A DNA stretch of 64,000 nucleotides from Octopus vulgaris. Its lineage: Eukaryota. This document shows, piece by piece, positions 53,683-64,000 of this stretch (its first letter is position 1; each line of letters begins with the position of its first letter). The stretch is taken from the NCBI GenBank assembly GCA_951406725.2, contig OX597814.1, positions 56,668,001-56,732,000 of the forward strand, given 5' to 3'. Under the pieces are notes generated by a model, which worked only from the letters and a program-made list of their open reading frames with translations, did not search any database and was not told the DNA's origin. The position numbers and the translations under genes were made by a program.

Positions 53683-55304
53683 GTAAGTTCTTTGTGATTT
53701 AAGTCTGCAATATGGTTTTGTCGTCCTTGGTTCAATTGATTTCATTTTATATATGTCTCAATGACCTTGAGAAAGAGATAAATATAAAACGGTAAAAAAT
53801 AATTTCTCTGATGTTTCATGAGAAAGGCCATTTACACCAATAATAAACATATGCATTGGTTCAGTTTCACTTCTTTATTATTAGTCAATTGCTTTGTTAT
53901 TTAATGAATCAACAAATTGATCGCTTAGTTAATCAGTCAGTTAAGCAATCAGTCATTTGTCTGTCAAAGTCCTTTCTTTGTGGCCTCATCAATGACCTAT
54001 GTTTTCTCCTATAGGTCTGGGCAATTGTTTAACCAACTGGTTAAGTTGCAATAGATTTGTTGGTTGTTTAAATGACCAACCAGTTGACTAATAAAAGTAA
54101 AGTTAAATTGAACTAATGTGTGTTTATTATTGGTGTAATAATCTTTCCGAGATGGAACAAAATTTGTTTCATCATGTGAATTCACGTAAAGAATCTTGTT
54201 AACCAAATACAATAACCAAATAATTTTCCTATTCTTCAGGAATCTGAAAAGATGAGATGATTTCAGCTGGAATGCCTTTGATCATTGCCCTACTCAATCT
54301 GAGCTATCTGGGGCTAAATGAAGTAACTGTTAAATGACTGTTAAATGAACCCAGGAGGTGCAAAACAGTCTTCATAATGAGGGGGGTGGGTAAAGAAAAA
54401 TTTAAACTCACAAATATGATATTTATAGATTTATCATTTGATCTAGTTTTAAAAATAGTGAACTGGCAAAATTGTTAGTATGCCAGACAAAATGTTTATT
54501 GGCATTTCTTCCAGCTTTAAATTCTGAGCTCAAATTTGGCTGAGGTTAAATTTACCATTCATGCTTTTGGTACTGATGAAATAAGTACCAGTCAAGTACT
54601 GGGGTTGATGCAATAGACTATCCTTTCCCCTGCAATTTCTGACCCTGTACCTATATTAGAATTTTATTAAATCCTAAGATGCTTATGCCCATTTATCTGT
54701 TCCTAATAATAATGATAATAATAATTATAATAATAATAGACAATGAATATGTCAAAAGTATGTTAGATAATTGTCCTGTTTAATGAATCATGATGTACAA
54801 CTGATTGATTGGTTGGCAAGGAAGACGTATATATTGGAGACAAATACTGTGTATATATGATAGTGTGATATTGTAGTTTGACACCCTATGCTGCCTGTTT
54901 ACATAGTATGTGTGTATCATTATTTGTATATACTGCAGCTTCTTTGAAAGTTGTTGGATGGTTATTTTTTCTTTTTTCTTTTTTTTTCTTCAATGGCTTC
55001 ACTTATTTTACATTTGTCTCATAAAATCTTCCATTCATACATATTTTTTAGTTGTTTTATAGCCAGTATGAATACACTTCATTATAAAATCTATGATAAT
55101 TCCTAGGGGTTACTTTTTTTCAAGTCTTTCTTGAGTTACAGTGCGAAACATTTGAAAGCTCACATCATTTGCTGTATTTTTTTTTAAACCTGTTTTGCTT
55201 TGTCTTTTGATATGCTTGTATTTTAGCTTTTAATTTTATGCTGAAAAATATAAATATTAAGGATTTTATATACATATATGCACTCACTAACACACACACA
55301 CGCA

Positions 55305-55352
<48 letters not shown>

Positions 55353-55777
55353 CTGGATTAGGATTCATGATTCTGCACAATTACTTTGATAAAAATTGTC
55401 ATCTTTGATTATTTTCCTTTTGAGCATTGTAGCATTTTCTTAAAAATGAATATAGTTTTTGTTGTAAGAATTATAACTCAAGAGAGGACAGTTTTTATGA
55501 ATTTTCAGGAGAATAATCTCCCTTGCTTCAACTATTTACCTGTTTAATCGGACACATTTAATGATTTCTACTGATTTACCTTACTAGCCATAGATATGGA
55601 AAATGTTTTATAAGTCATATACTTAAGTCATATAATTAATTGTACTACTATGAAGCAAATATCACCCACCTGACTTACTGGAGCAGGACACTGTTCCACA
55701 GACTGGTTTCTGCAATACACAGGTTATCATATATGAGGGAGAGTTCAAGCCTCTAGCCTCAAGCCATAAATTGTACC

Positions 55778-56006
55778 TTAACCCTTTAGTATTCGTATCA
55801 TTCTGCCAAAATGAATGCTTTTTTATCCACATTGTTTTGAACTAATCATGCATTATCTTGTAGCTATGAGATTTTGATGAGGTAACTGTTAATTTTTAAG
55901 ATGATATTGTAGGGTTGGTGTGAGAGACCAGATATGGCCAGTTTGAGCATAAAACAGGCAGAATAGTTCTGGCCGGATATGGCCGGTTTAAATGCTAAAG
56001 GGTTAA
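55778..56006 (+). mobile_element. piggyBac-type MITE (other copies at 1487-1815, 12234-12438, 13328-13548, ~29975-30156 partial, 39046-39275)
   Basis: TTAA-CCCTTTAG...CTAAAGGG-TTAA ends with a shared ~220 bp interior. Confidence 0.88.
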
Positions 56007-56143
56007 GTGCTACATTGGTATGACAGAAGCTGATTTATGAAAAGTTTTTAAACTCACATCTCTTCTTAGAATAATATGTTGTGCAACAATGCATGTCAAC
56101 CTTGTCTGGGTGTTCAAAGGAGCAGTAGCATATATCAGCAGGA

Positions 56144-56360
56144 AAGGCGGCGAGCTGGTAAAAACGTTAGCACGCCGGACAAAATTCGTGGCCGTATTTC
56201 GTCTGTCGTTACGTTCTGAGTTCAAATTTGCCTTTCATCCTTTCGGGGTCGATAAATTAAGTACCAGTTACGCACTGGGGTCGATATAGTCGACTTAATC
56301 CCTTTGTCTGTCCTTGTTTGTCCCCTCTGTGTTTAGCCCCTTGTGGGTAGTAAAGAAATA
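56144..56360 (+). mobile_element. tRNA-derived SINE family B with Nin/Deu-like core, young copy (others at ~1295-1486 +, 13632-13845 +, 17400-17640 -, 25985-26410 - two in tandem, 38490-38700 -, 43777-43990 +, 54455-54660 +)
   Basis: Head AGGCGGCGAGCTGG, GAGTTCAAAT B-box, core GCCTTTCATCCTTTCGGGGTCGATAAATTAAGTACCAG. Confidence 0.82.
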
Positions 56361-56875
56361 TATATCAGCAGGAAAATTTCTGAAATGTGTAGACTCTATG
56401 TACCATCGAGAAGGTGATACTCAAGAATGCATATATCCCTGGGATTATATCTGAATACCAAGTCAGAGACATTCAGCTGCTGAATGTGTGCTTGGACTTT
56501 TTAAATGGACCCTAAGAAGGAAATCCACTTAGTCAATGTTAAATGTGTTCCTCTTCTTTTATTCCTTCTTTTATATTTTCTTTCTTCCCTTTTGTGCTTT
56601 TTCTTACCTTTTTCATTCTTTTTATTTCTTTCTTTCCCTCCTTCCTTTTTCATTCTTAATTAGCCACTTGTTTAGTCATTTTTTCCATTCTATATGTTCT
56701 TTGTTTTTCTTAATTGTTCTTTTTCCTTCAATTCATCACATCAACTTATCTATTACAATACACTCATAAATATGTGTGCATGTGCACATAGAAGTAACTA
56801 GGAGCAAGTGTGGAAACTCCTTTTAGAAAAGTTTTCTTCCTTTAGCTACACATCCGAGAACAAAACTATATTTCT

Positions 56876-57103
56876 TTAACCCTTTCATTACTGTATTTAC
56901 TTTGAGATGCTCTGTGTTTCTTTCAATTACTTGAAATATAACAAAAAAATTAGTAAAATAATTTAGTTATCATTAAGCTAGTATTAAGAACATAAATTGT
57001 GACTAAAGTTTGGTGGAAGATTTTAATTCAAAACCTATGGAAACAAAACATTTGTACTCAGAGCCAGAGCCGGTTTCAGTCGGGTTTGTAACAAAAGGGT
57101 TAA
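56876..57103. mobile_element. piggyBac-type MITE, second subfamily
   Basis: TTAA-CCCTTTCATTAC...GTAACAAAAGGG-TTAA; ends resemble those of 28726-29801. Confidence 0.85.
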
Positions 57104-57477
57104 AGACTTGTCTACATACTCACAATGGAGTATGTGCACATAGCTTTCTGTGTGTGCTTCGATGTATACCAAAATAGAATCAGCTTACTTTCTCTCAAAA
57201 GTTTATAAAATTCTTATGATGTCAACAACAATTCTGAATGGTAGAAATAAAGCTACTAAAATTGATATAGAAATTTGAAGGATTGCTTTGCTACAATGGT
57301 AGAGCATCTGTCATGTTTTCAGGGGATGTGAGTTCAAGTCCCATGGAAAACCTTTGACTTTTTCTATTCAAAAGGATTTTTCAGCCCAATATCTATGTGC
57401 TATTAATTATAACATTATGTGTGTGCTTTCAGATATTCCCAAAAAGAATTCATGTACTCTCAAAAGTCTATAAATTC

Positions 57478-57510
<33 letters not shown>

Positions 57511-57514
57511 TATA

Positions 57515-58395
57515 TGAGGTCTGATCAGTAAGTATCCAGAATGTTGCCATGGTGATGGAGCTAAAGCATGCAGTCTGAAGCCGTTTTGCACAGATTGACC
57601 TTGAACTCTGCTGTGCATGTGCACTAAGCTTCAACATTCTAGCTCACTTCCACTATTTACAGCAGTGCTTGGAAGGAAGAGGTGTAGCCTGTGATCGTCA
57701 CATTGACCTTGACAGACAAAGTTGTCATGCCGATACCTGCTCAGGGGCCTACACACACTTGCAGAAAGTGTATAGGGAGGAATGTATCAGCTGCACACAA
57801 GTGTACAAGTGGTACAGACGTCTTCAAGATGGCCCAAGAAAATGTTGATATTGATAAACGTTCTGGGAGACCCACAACCAACAGAACTGAGAAAAAACAT
57901 TGCAGATATGCATGCAGTTGTGAGGGGAAATTGTCAAATCATCATTTGTGAGTTATCAGAGGATGTACAGATTAGTTAAGGTTCAGTTCATTATCACTGA
58001 AGATTTGGGTATGAGACGTGTGTCTACCAAGTTTGTACCAAAACTGCTCTCAGCTGACCAAAAAGACACTTGGGTTTCAGTTGCACAAGATGTCCTTGAT
58101 TGTGTTGAGAATAATAAAAACTTTGCATTGGCCTCTGAGGAGGTATTGCCAAGCCTTTGGCAAAATTTGATGCGGATTCTCTGCTCAGTTTTCTCTGTCA
58201 TTGTCAGTGTGGTGATCACAGGCTACACACCTTCCTTCCAACCACTACTGTAAACAGTGGAAATGAACAAGAACATTAAAACTTAATGCACATGCACAGC
58301 AGAGTTCAAGGTCCATCTGTGCCTAGCAGCTTTACTCTCTCTCTGTGCTTTAGCTTTGTTACTATGGCAACAGTCTGGATACTTATTGATCACAT
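57515..58395. mobile_element. Mariner-derived fold-back element with ~200 bp inverted ends
   Basis: 57522-57722 is the inverted copy of 58190-58392; interior has transposase fragments RSGRPTT and LGMRRVSTKFVPKLLS (+) and MTEKTEQRIRIKFCQRLG (-). Confidence 0.88.
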
Positions 58396-58398
58396 ATT

Positions 58399-58444
<46 letters not shown>

Positions 58445-58448
<4 letters not shown>

Positions 58449-58846
58449 CAAGCAATGAATAGGAATAAACAAACTCTAGGTTAGTTAAAATATGTCTGTG
58501 AAATATTTTAACTTCTAAAGGCAAATTCACTGCAGTTACCATGGAGAAAAAATTCTCTCCTATGGTAAAAAGTGTAAAAACAGCATATTTTCCCAGTGCT
58601 TACTTCTAGTGGATTCCCAGAAATGTGCATTTCTGACTCTTTAGCCTTCCTCAATGGGAAACACTGAAAAAAGCTATCCTATGCAGATTCAAAACTAGCT
58701 CTGTTGCACCAGTGGACTGCTTGGTTGGGATAAAAATAACAGCATTGGCACCAAACAGTAATTAGGAATGAATGAAATTTCGGTTAGTTAAAATATGTTT
58801 GTGACATATTATAACTTCTAAAGGCAAATTCATTGCAGTTACCATG
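58445..58846 (-). repeat. ~300 bp-period direct repeat (about 1.3 units) with a decayed hammerhead-like core
   Basis: GGTTAGTTAAAATATGT.TGTGA.ATATT.TAACTTCTAAAGGCAAATTCA.TGCAGTTACCATG at ~58479 and ~58782. Confidence 0.7.
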
Positions 58847-60250
58847 ATGGATAGTAAGAGTAGTGGAGGTGGGCAATTCATTAGTGGGAGTTATAAATGC
58901 TAAGTGGCTTGTGGGAGGCATAGTGATGAATGCGTTGCTTAATTACAAAATATTTCAACATATAGAAGAGAGAATGAATGATGGGAGATGAGTAATGAAA
59001 GGATGGGTGATAAGGAAATGAGAGTATGACATATGAGGGAGCTGTTATAGACAGCACTAGAACATATTGAGCGGGAACCTCAAAAGTGCATGCTTGTGCA
59101 TGCACACACATATGCACAGCTTCCAGTTTCAATCACTACAACTATTTTTAATGTCTGTTTTGCCATGCTTGCACAGGTGGGAAGGCTTCTCTAGTATTAC
59201 ATGCTGCCAAATATCTTGGTATTACGTCCTCTCCTCTGTGAGATCAGTTTTCACCACTTCCTCTGTTGTCTTCCTGGTTCTCCCTCTTTTGCAGGTTCCA
59301 TCACCAGTACTCTCTACACAGTTGTTATCTCCATATGCATCACTCCCCCATACAAAGCACAGTCTTTTCTCTTATTACATCAGATTCTTCTTAAATCTAG
59401 TTTTCTTTTCAGCTCATTTATACTCCATTGTTCATGCACATGGACATAACACATCTAGTGGAGTATGTTTGCTTCATTTCTTGCTGATCTTCACAAATCC
59501 TCTGCATTCACAGTCTACTTCTCTTTATTGTGCAGCATCACAATTTATACATAAGTTACATGCAATTATTCTTTCATCCTGAAAGATAAATCCTTCATCG
59601 GCCTTCACTGCTTATTAGAATACCTTGGTAACAAAGGAACATTTGAGAAAATCTATTTACATTGTGCACTTTGTGTTTATTACCCCTGTGCACCTGCCAT
59701 ATTTAAAACCTGCTCTCTGTCTTCGTCTACCTATGATTTCACAGCACTCTTTGAAAGTTCATAGTTTACACTGGGTACATTGTTTTGCATATTGAAAGAA
59801 TCCATTTCTCTGAGGGAAGTAGAGTTTATTTTACTTTTTTTTTTAGTAATACTTTCATCTTTGCTATATTTACTTTGAGGCCTTTTACTTCAAGGTTTTC
59901 TCCAACACATAGCACCCATGCCAGCATGGAAGGCAGATATTAAATGATGATTGTGATGGTACTTCTCTCATTCTACAACAGATCCATCTATAAGTATGTG
60001 GTCATCAGCATACCTGAGTTGCTATGGACAGTCAATCTTATGTTCAATAGAAGGGAACCAACTTGAGCTTGAGTTGACCCTATGTGCTAAATTTATCGTT
60101 GTACTCATTGGTGACTCTCCTTTTCCCTCTCTCTCATGTGCACTCATATCTAAGAATGTGTGTGTGTGTAGCCATTGCTTGATTATCTCCCATTACTGAA
60201 TCCTTGTGTTTTACTATTTTATTCCTCATCATTGAAAGTTTTGCTTTGTT

Positions 60251-60284
<34 letters not shown>

Positions 60285-63200
60285 CTGTCTTTATTTTTCT
60301 CTAACACATTAAGCACTTCTTTCATCTCTGTTTCCTTTTCTCTTTCCATCGCAGTTCTCTGATTCCTATTGTTCTAATTTCTGAAAACTTCTCTTACTGT
60401 TTCTGCCTCTCTCTCTCTCTCTCATATTATTACGACCTCTTATTTTATTTCAACTTCTTTCCCCTCTCTTTCATTGTTTGTCATTCCATTTTTAATTCCT
60501 TTTAGTTTAATGGAAGTTGAGTTTTGTGGGTGTGACTTCAAATTACATGGCCAAAAGTTGTTTACATTTTTATTAGCAATTTATAAAATAATACACCATC
60601 CGAGCGTGGCCGTTCGCCAGCCTCGTCTGGCACCTGTGTCGGTGGCACATAAAATCACCCACTACACTCTCGGAGTGGTTGGCGTTAGGAAGGGCATCCA
60701 GCTGTAGAAACACTGCCAGATCTGACTGGCCTGGTGCAGCCTTCGGGCTCCCCAGACTCCAGTTGAACCGTCCAACCCATGCTAGCATGGAAAGCGGACG
60801 TTAAATGAGGATGATGATGATGATGATGAATTGTAAGTTAAAAAGAAATTAAAAAAATATATGATTTTAAATACGAAAGTGCTAGATAAAAAAGATGCAA
60901 ATGATTTTGCACTCTCTAATATGTATGCCAAAAGGTATGTGAGTGTAAACTTAAAGGAAAGAATAAAAAGAAAAATGAAACTGAATGAATAGGAAATAGA
61001 AAAAAAGACAATCTTTGCAAACAACAGCTATGTCAGAAGTTTCAAGTATGTCTGAGAGTTGAAGCCTGCCTTGGAGTTACAATCTCTCATTAATGAACTC
61101 TCACTGTCATTGCATAATTTGAAATAGTTCCTTTAACCATTTAATCAAAGCCAAACATTCTCCCACCAGTTTGTAGTTGACATATTCAATAATACGCAGT
61201 CTGAAAGATTATGCACAGCATTAAAACTCATTAGAAAAAGCCTAGAGCTGACTTTCATATGTGTTTATGATATGTAGTCAATAATAATGAAGAGAGAGAG
61301 GAGAGTTTGGTCTCTTGTATTCTTCTATCAAGTTTTACTGGTAGCTCTTGATACTTAAAAATGAACACCTAATGCCATGACATATCTTTGCCATTTTGGC
61401 CATCCAAAACACTTCATTACCTGTACCTGTTACTCCAAATAAAAAGAGATTTTTCTGAGCCAAACGTACATTCACTGGCAGGATCTCTCAGCCAGTGTTT
61501 TCTACTTAAAAAGGAGAAAGATGATGGATTTGATTACTAAATGCCAAATATTGGGACCATTCAGATGTTAAAGGTATAGTTTAGAATGGCAAATGAAAAA
61601 TACTTACCATGTCCACAAATTGATTCCCTCATGTTAACAAAATTTCAAAATTCTGGTAGGGAAGAAGTGCTTTTCAATATTGTTAAAAGCTTTAAAACAA
61701 CTGATAGTTCACAATCAAAACAAATTGGCAGGAATTTCCTTTGCATGGAAGGCAATGAATGCATTGACCGCTTATTAGTGATCTCAAATGGTTAAAGATG
61801 GTTGTCCATCTCACAGAAGAAGAGCACCAGAAGATAGATGTTCTAAAATGTAAATGCAAAGTCTTTCTTGGTGGAGAGTGTACAACCTAACATAGGTTAG
61901 CAGTTAGTGATTTCAGATTTAAACTAAAAAACCTCAAGGACCATCATGCATGGTAAACGATGAAAAGATTAGTGAGCTATTCCTGTTGTTGATAATAGAT
62001 TTCTTCTCAGATTATATGATGATTGTGTGTATGAACTGTAGTGCCATATGGTAGTGAGACATGGGTGCTAAATGTAGAGGAAATGCTTAGACTAGAAAGA
62101 AATGAAGTTATCATGTTCTGTTGGATGTGAAGCATCAGTGTGTATGAATAATGGAGTAGAGTGTGTTGAGAGAAATGTGGAGCATAACAAGAATAAATTG
62201 TAGTATGCCAGGGAGCAGACTGTGCTGATATGGATATGTGAAGTGAATGGATGTGGACAGCTGTATAAAGATATGCCAGTCACTTAATATAGGCAAGGCT
62301 TTGGAAGTTGGAGATGCAGGAAGGCACGGGATATAATAGTGTAGGCTGATTTCAGGACTTGAATTCATGGAGATGACGACAAAGGATTGGAATGATTGGT
62401 AAATTGTGGTGCTTGAGGAAACCTGCATTGTCAGCTAAACTGGGCCTCTCAACCAATTTGCTTCCCTACCACCCCTTCATCACATTATCAGTTATCCCTC
62501 TATCACATGCATAACTGAAATATTCTGCTGCTGTTATTAAATGAGAGCAGAATTGTATATTTCATCATCCTTTTCTGTAATACCAGTTATCTTTCTTATT
62601 ACCCTGAACTACTTTACTTGATATCCATCCTTCATTGCTAGCATTTTCCATCTCCACATACATTTTTCTTTGATCAGGCTTCTGTGCTATTAAATTATCT
62701 CTCTCTCTTGCCTCAATTTCTTTCTCTTAACTTGTCCCACTCACTGTACATCTTTCACTTTCCCTATACATTACATATATCCTTCACCTTGCACTATTCA
62801 ACCTACTCATCCACTTCATCACTTTCAGTACAGCCAGTCATCACCTACTCACTCCTACCTTCCCTCCAAATCCTATATCATTGACCACCCATCCACCTTT
62901 CTTCACCATTCACTGCATCCTCCCCTTAACTCATTCGGGAATTAAAGAACTGACCAGAAAGTGAGGTTCCTATTTTGAACATGTATTTTCAGAGCACTTC
63001 ATAATATGGGTGGGTTGTTAATGTGTTTGTGAAATTTAATTATTACCTTTTCAGTCATGTACTTCATATAGTTCAATGCTTTAATGTACCTTTGATTAAC
63101 CTCTGTTTTATGGAATCTCTATTCTCCTTCTGAATCTACTTGCCCATTCTTGGCAAGAAGAGCTGCTACATTGTCCAAAATTGCACTTTATAGATTTCTA

Positions 63201-63319
63201 ACATGTTTGTGTTGTAAGGATGCTTCACTTGAGGCCGAGATTGAATTGAGGATGTACTGAAGGGTAGTATTGACATCTCTTGAATTGTATGTATGTATGT
63301 ATGTATGTATGTATGTATG

Positions 63320-63370
<51 letters not shown>

Positions 63371-63655
63371 ATTTATATATTTGTATATGTGTTGTGTGTG
63401 TGTATTTATATATTTGTATATGTGTTGTGTGTGTGTATTTATATATTTGTATATGTGTTGTGTGTGTGTGTATGTATATTTGTATGTGTATATATATTTA
63501 TATATGTATATGTGTGTATGTTTATATAATATGTATATATATATATATGTATATTTGTACGTGTATATATATATATATATATATATGTATAGATGTATAT
63601 GTGTGTATATATATATTTATATATGTGTATATATGTATACACATACAAATATAAC

Positions 63656-63710
<55 letters not shown>

Positions 63711-64000
63711 ATCATCGTTTAATGTCTGCTTTCCATGCTAGCATGGGTAGGATGATTTGACTGAGGACTGGTGAACCAGGTGGCTGCACCAGGCTCTAAT
63801 CTTGGTCTGGCAGAGTTTCTACAGCAGGATGCTCTTCCTAACACCAACCACTCTGAGAGTGTAATGGGTGCTTTTATGTGCCACCGGCACATGGGCCAGT
63901 CAGGAAGTACTGGCAACTTCCCCCCCCCCCCCAATTTTTTTTATATATATGTATGTGTGTATATATATATAGTGTATGTATGTGTGTATATATATATATA

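Noticed and set aside
54240-54260. Strong acceptor followed by ESEKMR-stop (possible terminal exon)
   Set aside because: The exonic part is the reverse complement of an old interspersed repeat also seen at ~18250 and ~20400.
44270-64000. Exons for the C-terminal CCT domain (LVLRxRN...ELNDIRFEF...GFAQLS)
   Set aside because: Not found by eye; the gene presumably continues beyond the window.

Overview
Eukaryotic, AT-rich and repeat-dense genomic DNA, most likely from an octopus (inferred from the SINE, RTE-tail and piggyBac-MITE families and the huge TA/TATG microsatellites). The whole window lies inside one + strand gene, an SPAK/OSR1-family (OXSR1/STK39/fray-like) STE20 kinase. Nine internal GT-AG exons (6094-44269) splice into 876 nt (292 codons), running from KEIQAM through HRD, DFG and the T-loop to the S-motif/WEW region. 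The first exons and the C-terminal CCT domain exons are not in the window. Introns hold decayed Tc1, mariner, piggyBac, hAT, HERO-like, RTE and Penelope-like elements, many tRNA-derived SINEs and a ~7 kb microsatellite array. The most interesting signals are candidate frame-compensating microexons around the S-motif exon, an anomalous donor at the kinase hinge, a Penelope-like end carrying a tRNA-like segment plus a hammerhead ribozyme (with further decayed hammerhead repeats), and several long fold-back structures. Family names are from memory, with no database search; repeat coordinates are approximate.
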